DNA of 35,155 nt, taken from a virus (lineage: Duplodnaviria > Caudoviricetes). Below the pieces are notes generated by a model that did no database searches, had not been told where the DNA came from, and saw nothing but the letters and a program-made list of their open reading frames with translations. The stretch spans positions 1-35,155 of IMG/VR virus record IMGVR_UViG_3300036796_000279; one strand, written 5' to 3'. Positions 8,173 to 16,070 of the stretch are shown here, piece after piece. The position numbers were made by a program, and so were the translations under genes. The stretch's first letter is position 1, and every line of letters begins with the position of its first letter.

Positions 8173-9057
8173 ATGACGATGTTGAATTTGAACCAGATGC
8201 ATGAAAAAAACGAGCTTAAATCCCGGCAGGAGCAGCTCACTGAGGAACTGGCATTCGCTGTTGAGGGTGTTAAGCCATTCCATTACGAGCGCTGGCAGGA
8301 GAGCGCAGAGGCCGCAATTTGTGACTCTCACGGTGAATACTCCAGCTCTGTTTTGACCGGCCCAGAGTTTCGCGGTGTGCCGGGTGTAAAGCGTTCCGGC
8401 TGCCCGGCATGTATCCGCCATGAACTGGCAGAAACCGAATCCAGCCTGCGCAGCCTGCAGGTGGCGGGACTGCTCAATGACGCCGGTATCGCCCGTCGCT
8501 TTGAAAGCAGCGAGTTCGAAAACTACCTACCAGTCAATCAGGACTCGGAAAAAAATCTGTCTGCCTGCCAGCGCTACGCTGAGAACTGGCCGAATATTCT
8601 CGCAGCCGGCACCGGGCTGGTGATGACAGGGAGCTGCGGAACCGGAAAAAATCACCTGGCGGTGTCGATGGCAAAATCGATTGTCCGTAAACATCTCGCC
8701 CGGGTTGAAATCACCGATGTAATGCGCCTCACCCGCGCTGTGAAAAGCACCTGGCGCAATGATTCAAGCCATAGCGAGGATGAAGTTATCGGGCATTACG
8801 CATCGCTCGACCTGCTGATTATCGACGAGGTTGGGGTGCAGTTTGGCAGCCAGTCAGAGTCAGTGATCCTGCAGGAAATCATTAATGCCCGGTACGAAAG
8901 CGTGCTGCCGACAATCCTGATAAGCAATCTGACATTCGCCCAGCTGATTGACGCAATAGGTGAACGAGCGGTAGATCGCATTACCAATGGTGGGCGTAAC
9001 CGCCTGGCGTTCAACTGGGACAGCTATCGCAGTAAGACAGGGAGCAAGGCCGAATGA
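8173..9057 (+). CDS. DnaC/IstB-like AAA+ helicase loader
   Basis: Walker A GSCGTGKNH, Walker B LLIIDEVG, PTILISN; C..H..CPAC Zn motif. Confidence 0.9.
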   Translation: MTMLNLNQMHEKNELKSRQEQLTEELAFAVEGVKPFHYERWQESAEAAICDSHGEYSSSVLTGPEFRGVPGVKRSGCPACIRHELAETESSLRSLQVAGLLNDAGIARRFESSEFENYLPVNQDSEKNLSACQRYAENWPNILAAGTGLVMTGSCGTGKNHLAVSMAKSIVRKHLARVEITDVMRLTRAVKSTWRNDSSHSEDEVIGHYASLDLLIIDEVGVQFGSQSESVILQEIINARYESVLPTILISNLTFAQLIDAIGERAVDRITNGGRNRLAFNWDSYRSKTGSKAE

Positions 9058-10409
9058 GTGAAGTCTGGCGTAATGAGGAACTCGAGGGAGCGGTAATTGG
9101 CGCGATGTTTTTACGCGGCGCCGACCCTGAGGTGCTGGAAATTATTTCTCGTCTGCCTGAAAGCGCATTTTCTGTCAGGCAGTACCGGGAAATTTATGCC
9201 GGTATCTGCCGACAGGCCAGAAGCAGTGGCGTTATTGATCCGGTGATTTTGTGCGAAGCGATGCCTGCGCATGAATCGGTCATTCTCGGTGCTGGTCGGA
9301 TTGCCTGGGCTAAATCGGCGCTGGTCTCCTACGTGTCAGCCCTTGAGCGGAATGCCGCTGTACGTGATGCAGAAGCAACGCTTAGCGCCGCGCTGGAAGG
9401 TATTCGCAATGCGAACAATGGCGAGGCCGCAATGGCGGCGCTTGACGCTGCTAAAGCAACAATGGCGAACATCGATGCCGGAAGCCGGGCAGTTCAGGCC
9501 GTGCACATGTCCGATCTGCTGGAAGATATTACCAACAAAATCGAAGCGGGCAATCAGGGGAAAGAAGCTGGGCGCAGCCTGTTAACGGGTATTGATGAAC
9601 TGGATGCAAAAACCGGCGGCATTGACCTCACCGACCTGGTGTTTATCGCTGCCCGGCCATCAATGGGCAAAACCGAGCTGGCGCTGGATATCATCGAAAA
9701 GGTAACGGGACAGGGCCATGGTGTACTGCTTTTCAGCATGGAGATGGCGAGCATTCAGATTGCCGAGCGCATGGTGTCTGCTGCGGGTGGGATGCCCGTT
9801 TCAAAACTGAAAGCGCCTGAGCGTTTCAACGATGAAGAGTGGGGACGTCTCTTCGGTGGTATGGAGCGGCTCGCTAATCGTGATATCTGGATTGTGGATG
9901 CCACGAACCTCACCATTGAGCAGATTTGCCAGACAGCAACCCGGTATCAACTGGCCCACCCTGAGATAGCGATGGTGGTGGTTGATTACCTTGGCCTTAT
10001 CAAAATCAACAGCGCTAATCGCCACGACCTTGCTGTGGGTGAAATATCCAAAGGGCTTAAGGGGCTGGCTAAGGCAAATAAAACCCCTGTGATTGCGCTC
10101 AGCCAGCTTTCACGTGGTGTGGAGTCCAGACCAAACAAGCGCCCGATGAACTCAGACATGAAAAACTCCGGCGAAATTGAAGCTGACGCCGACATCATTC
10201 TGATGCTGTACAGGGACGAGGTATACAACCCTGAATCCCCGGCGCGTGGCATTGCTGAAATCAACGTAACCAAACAACGTAACGGCGAGCTGGGGACTAT
10301 CTACCGCAGATTTTATAACGGGCATTTTTTGCCAATCGACCAGGATCAGGCCCGGATGCTTTCCGCTCCACAGCCAAAAGAACAATCACGCCGGTATGCG
10401 CGCCGATAG
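9054..10409 (+). CDS. dnaB: DnaB-like replicative helicase
   Basis: AARPSMGKT, FSMEM, VVVDYLGLI, ALSQLSR, SGEIEADAD, KQRNG motifs. Confidence 0.95.
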   Translation: MSEVWRNEELEGAVIGAMFLRGADPEVLEIISRLPESAFSVRQYREIYAGICRQARSSGVIDPVILCEAMPAHESVILGAGRIAWAKSALVSYVSALERNAAVRDAEATLSAALEGIRNANNGEAAMAALDAAKATMANIDAGSRAVQAVHMSDLLEDITNKIEAGNQGKEAGRSLLTGIDELDAKTGGIDLTDLVFIAARPSMGKTELALDIIEKVTGQGHGVLLFSMEMASIQIAERMVSAAGGMPVSKLKAPERFNDEEWGRLFGGMERLANRDIWIVDATNLTIEQICQTATRYQLAHPEIAMVVVDYLGLIKINSANRHDLAVGEISKGLKGLAKANKTPVIALSQLSRGVESRPNKRPMNSDMKNSGEIEADADIILMLYRDEVYNPESPARGIAEINVTKQRNGELGTIYRRFYNGHFLPIDQDQARMLSAPQPKEQSRRYARR

Positions 10410-10417
10410 GGGAAAAT

Positions 10418-11197
10418 ATGAAACTTGAAGCATCATTGAAGCATTTTAGCCCGCAGGGGCTGGCCTATACAGATTCGGCCAAATCCACTTCACCGGACCG
10501 GATCACCGGCACCGATATCATGGCCGCCCTTGGCTCTACCGCGTCAAAGGCAAAGTTTGGGCTTTGGGTATTCCTGGGCAAAAACGGCATCAGCTCCGGG
10601 GATGAGCAGAGAGCTGTTCAACAGCTTGCCAGCATCGCGCTGGAGTTCGCGCCAAAGAACGTACGCAAAGCAGCTGGGGGTCAGTTGAGGCAATGCATGC
10701 TCATGATGGCCCGCTTTGCCTTTACTGAGTATTCGCGTTCGGCGGCCAGCACAACGGACTGCAAACCCTGCAGCGGGAAAGGGATGATAGAGGCCTGGGA
10801 AGACGTTACCCGGTATCCTGGTTATGTCGGCGCGGATGGTGAAGAGAAAATTACCCCGTGGATCGAAAGGCAGTTGGTTAAAAAGCAATGCTCTCACTGT
10901 GAGGGTAAGGGCGTTACTTCGGCCAGATGCCGCTGCAAAGGCACTGGCACAGTGCTTGACCGCAAGGCCACCAGCGAACGTGGCGCACCGGTATTCAAAG
11001 AATGCGAACGTTGCACCGGGAAAGGGTTTGCTGGCATGCCATCGACAAACGTCTATAAAGCGATCCTGAGCCTTATTCCTGATTTGCACGTCAGGACGTG
11101 GACTCGCAACTGGAAGCCGTTCTATGACGAGCTGGTGAAGGAATGTTACGTTGCTGAGGGTAAGGCTGAGTCTGAATTTATGAAAGCGACTAAATAA
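10418..11197 (+). CDS. Q: Late antitermination protein Q (Zn-finger type)
   Basis: MKLEASLKHFSPQG..ITGTDIMAALG; CxxCxGxG repeats; TWTRNWKPFY; directly upstream of lysis genes. Confidence 0.9.
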   Translation: MKLEASLKHFSPQGLAYTDSAKSTSPDRITGTDIMAALGSTASKAKFGLWVFLGKNGISSGDEQRAVQQLASIALEFAPKNVRKAAGGQLRQCMLMMARFAFTEYSRSAASTTDCKPCSGKGMIEAWEDVTRYPGYVGADGEEKITPWIERQLVKKQCSHCEGKGVTSARCRCKGTGTVLDRKATSERGAPVFKECERCTGKGFAGMPSTNVYKAILSLIPDLHVRTWTRNWKPFYDELVKECYVAEGKAESEFMKATK

Positions 11198-11239
11198 TTG
11201 CCAATGGCAACAAAATTTTGCATTTTTGATGCATATAGC

Positions 11240-11269
11240 TTGATTTTGTCCGAAGTTGTCGTGTAAGCT
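11240..11269 (+). promoter_or_regulatory. Putative late promoter pR'
   Basis: TTGATT-N18-TAAGCT directly after Q and before terminators. Confidence 0.5.
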
Positions 11270-11313
11270 TCTAATCATGGAGTGTTGCGCCTGAAATGAC
11301 AACGCTCCCGATA

Positions 11314-11370
11314 GCCCGCCACCGTGCGGGTTTTTTTTCATTAAAGGGCTGCCATCGGGCGGCCTTTTTT
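11314..11370 (+). terminator. Two tandem intrinsic terminators (tR'-like)
   Basis: CCCGC..GCGGG-T8 (11314-11338) and GGCTGCC..GGCGGCC-T6 (about 11347-11370). Confidence 0.8.
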
Positions 11371-11410
11371 GTTTCCCTCACACAGCACCCGCTTAGCGAG
11401 GTGAGAGATC

Positions 11411-11752
11411 ATGAAAATGCCACATACCCCGACTAACTGGCCTGACTGGCTTGAACTATTTCAGAGCTGGTGGCGCGGAGAAACGCCGCTGGGCGCTGTT
11501 CTAATGGCGTTCATCATGGCTGCCCTGCGTATTGCATATACCGGAGGCGGCTGGAAAAAAATGCTGCTCGAGGGATTGCTCTGTGGAGCGCTGACGCTGA
11601 CGGTGGCCTCGGGGCTTGAATACCTGGAATGGCCGAAATCAATCTCTATCGCTATCGGCGGTGGCATTGGTTTTATTGGCGTAGAGCAGTTCAGAAAGCT
11701 TGTACTGAACGTGATTAACATACGTTTTGGAGGCGGTAATGCAGCAAAATAG
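11411..11752 (+). CDS. Lambda S-family holin
   Basis: MKM dual-start motif, three hydrophobic segments, GGGIGFIGVE. Confidence 0.9.
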   Translation: MKMPHTPTNWPDWLELFQSWWRGETPLGAVLMAFIMAALRIAYTGGGWKKMLLEGLLCGALTLTVASGLEYLEWPKSISIAIGGGIGFIGVEQFRKLVLNVINIRFGGGNAAK

Positions 11753-12155
11753 CCCTCGCGGCATTCGAAATAATAACCCGGGCAATATTCGCTGGGGCGA
11801 TGAATGGAAAGGTCTGGTATCAAAACCACAACGAACCGATAAATCATTTTGCCAGTTTACCGGCCCTGAATACGGTATCCGGGCGATGGTCGTTATTCTG
11901 CGCAACTATCAACGCAAGTATGCCCTGAACACTATCAGCGGCATTATCCATCGCTGGGCACCGCCGAACGAGAACAACACTCAGGCATATATCGATAGTG
12001 TTGCCCGGGCTTTAGGTGTGGAGGCAGACCAGCGAATTGATGTGACCGACAGCAGGGTAATGATTCCATTGCTGGAAGCCATCATTAAGCATGAGAACGG
12101 CCAGCAGCCTTACAGCTTTGATGTATTCGTTCGTGCTGTCGATCTGGCGGGCTAG
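11739..12155 (+). CDS. Endolysin (RGIRNNNPGNI-type lysozyme-like)
   Basis: PRGIRNNNPGNIR, RWAPPNENNT, IIKHENG; between holin and Rz; ATG 11739 with GGAGG. Confidence 0.85.
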   Translation: MQQNSPRGIRNNNPGNIRWGDEWKGLVSKPQRTDKSFCQFTGPEYGIRAMVVILRNYQRKYALNTISGIIHRWAPPNENNTQAYIDSVARALGVEADQRIDVTDSRVMIPLLEAIIKHENGQQPYSFDVFVRAVDLAG

Positions 12156-12157
12156 CC

Positions 12158-12616
12158 ATGGTATTAGCGCTAATCAAAGAGTACTGGAGAGTTTTCGCTT
12201 TAGGGATGCTGCTCCTGATGCTGCTGTTCACAGCAGAACTGGCATCGAGTGAGAAGAAGAGAGCCGATGCCGCTATCACAGAGCGCGACGAAGCAAAGGC
12301 CACCATCGCCGACATGCAGACCCGCCAGCGCGATGTGGCCGCTCTCGACTCGAAATACACTCAGGAACTGGCCGATGCCAAACAGACTATTGAAGAGCTG
12401 CGTGATGCCGTTGCTGCTGGTGATAAGCGGCTGCACCTCAACGCCACCTGCCCAGTGCGTAACTCCACCAGCACCCCCGGCGTGGATGATGTTGCCGCAC
12501 CCGGACTTACTGACGCCGCTGAACGGGATTATTTCCGTCTCAGGGAGCGAATCGAAACCAGCAACAAGCAAATAGCAGGGCTGCAGGAGTACATCAGGCA
12601 GCAGTGTTTAAGATAA
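12158..12616 (+). CDS. Rz: i-spanin
   Basis: N-terminal TM; QRDVAALDSKYTQELADAK..LQEYIRQQC. Confidence 0.9.
   Translation: MVLALIKEYWRVFALGMLLLMLLFTAELASSEKKRADAAITERDEAKATIADMQTRQRDVAALDSKYTQELADAKQTIEELRDAVAAGDKRLHLNATCPVRNSTSTPGVDDVAAPGLTDAAERDYFRLRERIETSNKQIAGLQEYIRQQCLR
12375..12575 (+). CDS. Rz1: o-spanin lipoprotein embedded in Rz
   Basis: +1 frame within Rz; lipobox LVISGC; Pro-rich PPAPPAWMM..PDL. Confidence 0.85.
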   Translation: MPNRLLKSCVMPLLLVISGCTSTPPAQCVTPPAPPAWMMLPHPDLLTPLNGIISVSGSESKPATSK

Positions 12617-12637
12617 GCCGAAAGGCGGGAGATAGTT

Positions 12638-12844
12638 ATGACTTTAGAAGAGCGTGTTGAAGCTCTAGAAGCGGATATGACTAAGATGAATATTCAGCAG
12701 CAAGAAGCTGATGCAGTGAGGGAAGTAGCGAGAAAGACTACTATTGAGGTGATTGCAAATGCGCGTCGCCCTGGCGGTATGTTGAATGCGGCCCAGATTC
12801 AGGCCGCTGAGTATAAATCTAGGTTCGGTATTAATCGCGGCTAA
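12638..12844 (+). CDS. Small coiled-coil protein with a tape-measure C-terminus-like motif
   Basis: GGGAG RBS; AVREVARKTTIEVIANARRPGGML. Confidence 0.7.
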   Translation: MTLEERVEALEADMTKMNIQQQEADAVREVARKTTIEVIANARRPGGMLNAAQIQAAEYKSRFGINRG

Positions 12845-13046
12845 TTTGTTTTAGGTTTGCAACCCATTCCTGCATTGGTTTGTTATCAACTTCAGATAGC
12901 TCAGCTATTAATTGTTTACGTGAGCTAGGATCAAGCTTAAGAGCAATAGCTAAGACTATCGTCTTTAAATCGTTAATCTCTGAGGCTGTAGATTCAGGGG
13001 TTGCAGTCGAAGAAGTAAAAGTAAAATTATGTTCGCTACTTTCCAT
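12831..13046 (-). CDS. Antisense moron gene, 71 aa
   Basis: AAGGA RBS; AT-rich; convergent 14-nt overlap with 12638-12844. Confidence 0.7.
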   Translation of the reverse strand: MESSEHNFTFTSSTATPESTASEINDLKTIVLAIALKLDPSSRKQLIAELSEVDNKPMQEWVANLKQISRD

Positions 13047-13164
13047 TTCTAGTCCTTATTTCAGAGGTAATCAGCCATCCCTCATTGTTGTGTGCGTCCA
13101 TGCCCTCACATGGACGGGCTGAGGTTCAATGATAGCCAGGAGCAGGAGAAATGGACACTAACCA

Positions 13165-13190
13165 GGGCCTCGCAATAGCGGGGCTTTTTT
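13165..13190 (+). terminator. Intrinsic terminator
   Basis: GCCTCGC-AATA-GCGGGGC-T6. Confidence 0.75.
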
Positions 13191-13197
13191 ATGCGCA

Positions 13198-13293
13198 TCG
13201 CACGCGCCAATCAGAGAGTCTTTCAGTAGTGAGCCTGGGTAATGCCGTTACCTCTCGGGCGGTATTGCCGTGCGACAGGCTCACACCTCAAAG
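13198..13293 (+). ncRNA. Putative structured RNA leader (nested stems with possible pseudoknot)
   Basis: GTGAGCCTG/CAGGCTCAC stem, inner GGTAATGCCG/CGGTATTGCC stem, bulge GTGCGA complementary to upstream TCGCAC. Confidence 0.5.
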
Positions 13294-13303
13294 GTAAACC
13301 ACT

Positions 13304-13480
13304 ATGCAACTTGGCAAGAAAAGCCGGAAGGGTAGACGCTGCATTATGCGGACTGACGCCACTCTAATCGTTAATAAGCGCGGAAAGGTTGAGGTGGTGC
13401 TTGGTTCGAATATCGACGAAAGCCACAAGCTCCGCACCGGAACCCCGTCAACTTTTAATCAATTAGGTAAAGCGTTATGA
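13304..13480 (+). CDS. 58-aa basic protein (not in ORF track)
   Basis: ATG 13304 after AAGG; TGA overlaps the ATG at 13477 (ATGA). Confidence 0.6.
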   Translation: MQLGKKSRKGRRCIMRTDATLIVNKRGKVEVVLGSNIDESHKLRTGTPSTFNQLGKAL

Positions 13481-14007
13481 AAAGAATTCAACTTAAGGAC
13501 GTAATGTCCAGCCTGCGTATCGTAGCCAATGAAACTGGCTATGAAGTTCACAACGCCGCCGGCTCCGCTAAATATGACGCTTGGGGTTATCGTCGTGAGG
13601 TTAACGGCATCCCTGAATACTTCCCGGATAAAATCAGCATGGAAGGCAAGGCAAAATCATCCAGCGCAAGCCAGATAAAAGTAAATCTGAATCTCGATAC
13701 TACGGATGCCCAGAAAGCGCTGGATGATATTCAGAAGATTATCAACGATAGCAGCCAGGCATTTGAATCATTTCAGGAGCGCGTCAGGAAGGAAACAACA
13801 AGCGTGACATGGAGTGGTTCTCTCGCGCTTGGTATCACTCGCGACATTAATGCATTGATTGAAAATGGTGTGGCCTCTAATGCAGAAAGTGAGCGTATTA
13901 AGGCAGTTATGGAAGAGGCAACAAAAAAAGCCGTTACTGATGCGGTGGCCACGGTCCTTAAAGACTTCCAAACTCGCGGACCTCTACGCCGGGCACTGAA
14001 CATTTAA
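13477..14007 (+). CDS. Hypothetical protein resembling both ends of the tape measure protein
   Basis: C-terminus MEEATKK..D..LKDFQTRGPLRRALNI versus TMP MQEAARK..D..LEDFQNRGQGRRLLGV. Confidence 0.75.
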   Translation: MKRIQLKDVMSSLRIVANETGYEVHNAAGSAKYDAWGYRREVNGIPEYFPDKISMEGKAKSSSASQIKVNLNLDTTDAQKALDDIQKIINDSSQAFESFQERVRKETTSVTWSGSLALGITRDINALIENGVASNAESERIKAVMEEATKKAVTDAVATVLKDFQTRGPLRRALNI

Positions 14008-14019
14008 TCAGAGGTATCT

Positions 14020-14619
14020 ATGCAGGTCACTATTGACGGTGTCCAGTATGCGCCTGTCTGCAATTCAGTTGGAGAGAAGAAATGCGGCGTTAATGGATGC
14101 TCCCAAAAACATCATGCCCGCGGCTTATGCCAGACTCACTATTTTAGACAAAAGCAATATGGACGATTTGAATTACTGGCTCGGCACGATTTAGAGCAGC
14201 GCTTTTGGTCTAGGGTTGAAAAAGGTAATGAATGTTGGATCTGGAATGGAGTAATCACTCCCCAAGGTTATGGTAATTGGACTTGGCGAGAAAATGGAAA
14301 TCTTAGAACTGATTCTGCACATCATTTCGCTTTCATATTATCTGGCAGAAAAATACCTGATGGTTACCATCTCGATCACCTTTGTAGAAACCGCAGATGC
14401 TGCAACCCAGATCATCTTGAGGCGGTAACGCCCAGGGAAAACACCTTACGTGGAATTGGGCCCAGCGCAGAAAATGCCAGGAAAACACATTGCAAGCGAG
14501 GACATGAGTTCACGGTCAGCAATACATACCTGAAAAATGGGAAGTATGGCGTATTAAGAGTCTGCAGACAGTGTGCTGCTGAATCGGCCAGGAAAAGGAG
14601 AGCGTCATGTCGCCGGTGA
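14020..14619 (+). CDS. HNH homing endonuclease
   Basis: RFWSRVEK..ECWIWNG, AHHFAF, LDHLCRNRRCCNPDHLEAVT..EN, KTHCKRGHEF; AT-richer than flanks. Confidence 0.9.
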   Translation: MQVTIDGVQYAPVCNSVGEKKCGVNGCSQKHHARGLCQTHYFRQKQYGRFELLARHDLEQRFWSRVEKGNECWIWNGVITPQGYGNWTWRENGNLRTDSAHHFAFILSGRKIPDGYHLDHLCRNRRCCNPDHLEAVTPRENTLRGIGPSAENARKTHCKRGHEFTVSNTYLKNGKYGVLRVCRQCAAESARKRRASCRR

Positions 14620-16070
14620 GAGTGAGTATCGACGGTGTTGATTATGCGCCCTGCAATAACTCCAGTCGTATTGGTGTGTGCATAACGACCCACAATCGCG
14701 CTGACGTTCTGCGCCGCGCTCTTGAGCAGCATCAGCAGTTCTTACCGCCTGGCGCGCTGGTGGTTGTTATCGACGACGGCTCTACCCCGGCGGCCACAGT
14801 TCCCGAGAACGTGCAACTGATCCGGCATGAGAAGTCGCTGGGCATCGTGGCTTCAAAAAACCGAAGTCTCGAATCGCTGGTGGATGCCGGCTGCGAGCAT
14901 TTGTTCCTTTGGGATGATGATGCCTGGCCGACTGCGCCGGGCTGGTGGGCTCCTTACATCGAATCCCCAGAGCCTCACCTGGCTTATCAATTTCATGATC
15001 TGGCCGGGCCGCGAAAGCTTAACGATATGGCCGTGTTACACCGGGATGATAAGCACGTCGCTTACACCGGACAACGCGGCGTCATGCTGTATTACCATCG
15101 CAGCGCCATTGAAGCGGTCGGTGGTTTCGATCCTGTCTACGGTCGAGGCATGTACGAGCATCCCGATTTGGCACTGCGCATCCACAACGCCGGGCTGACG
15201 TCATGGGCGTTTGCTGATGTAGTTGGTTCGGCTGCGCTGATTCATTCGATGGACGAACACGAAGAAGGTGTGCGCTCTATCCCGCGGCCTGAGCGTGAGG
15301 CGCTGGCGAAAGCCAATGCGGTCACCTACAGCGCCCGGCGCGACAGCGGATACACGGCTTATGTTCCGTTCCGCACCCCGCAGGACGTTGTGATCACCAC
15401 GCTGCTTACGAGCCAGCCAGACCCACAGCGTCCAACGAAGATGGCTGCTGATCCTGCTTTGCTGCAGGCGTGGGCATCGTCTATTCGTGGCGCTGCTGCT
15501 GTCGTGCTTGCCGATGAGCTGGAGACGGCGCCCGGCGGAGTCAGTCTGGTGAGTGTAGCTGTGCTGGAAATGAGCCCGTACTTTGCGCGCTGGCTGCATA
15601 TCTACCAGCACCTGCGCGATCATCCTGAGTATCGAAACGTATGGTGCACCGATGGCACAGACGTTGAGATGCTTAGAGAGCCCTGGGCAGAAATGGAACC
15701 CGGCATGATTTACGTTGGTTCCGAGCACAAGGTTTACGCAGATGAGTGGATGAAGGCCAATCACCACGGCAAAGCTTACGGTGAGTTCATCGACCGATAC
15801 CGTGACGCGCAACTGCTTAACGCGGGGCTGCTAGGTGGCAGTCGGGCTGACGTGATGGCGTTCGCCCACTACATCATCCGATTTCATTACCTGCAGACCA
15901 GCCATCGTTACTGGAAGATGGAGACGGCCCCGGCCACGCTCGTTGATATGGGTGCGTTCGGTATGGCGGCGAAGTCGTTCGGTGACCGGGTTGTGACCGG
16001 GCCGAAGGTCAACACGATCTTTAAGTCCGATGGGATCGGGAAGGAGTGCGCCTTTTGGAAACACAAGTGA
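14607..16070 (+). CDS. Two-domain glycosyltransferase (GT2 N-domain plus second GT-A-like domain)
   Basis: ITTHNR, VVIDDGS, GIVASKN, FLWDDD (DxD), GGFD..YG..EH.DLA.R; C-domain WCTDGTDV and LLNAGLLGG; no TM segment or signal peptide evident. Confidence 0.9.
   Translation: MSPVRVSIDGVDYAPCNNSSRIGVCITTHNRADVLRRALEQHQQFLPPGALVVVIDDGSTPAATVPENVQLIRHEKSLGIVASKNRSLESLVDAGCEHLFLWDDDAWPTAPGWWAPYIESPEPHLAYQFHDLAGPRKLNDMAVLHRDDKHVAYTGQRGVMLYYHRSAIEAVGGFDPVYGRGMYEHPDLALRIHNAGLTSWAFADVVGSAALIHSMDEHEEGVRSIPRPEREALAKANAVTYSARRDSGYTAYVPFRTPQDVVITTLLTSQPDPQRPTKMAADPALLQAWASSIRGAAAVVLADELETAPGGVSLVSVAVLEMSPYFARWLHIYQHLRDHPEYRNVWCTDGTDVEMLREPWAEMEPGMIYVGSEHKVYADEWMKANHHGKAYGEFIDRYRDAQLLNAGLLGGSRADVMAFAHYIIRFHYLQTSHRYWKMETAPATLVDMGAFGMAAKSFGDRVVTGPKVNTIFKSDGIGKECAFWKHK

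Noticed and set aside
10544-11341. 265-aa minus-strand ORF
   Set aside because: Shadow of Q.
11198-11410. tRNA genes or toxin cargo after Q
   Set aside because: Only promoter-like and terminator sequences seen; no cloverleaf or convincing ORF.
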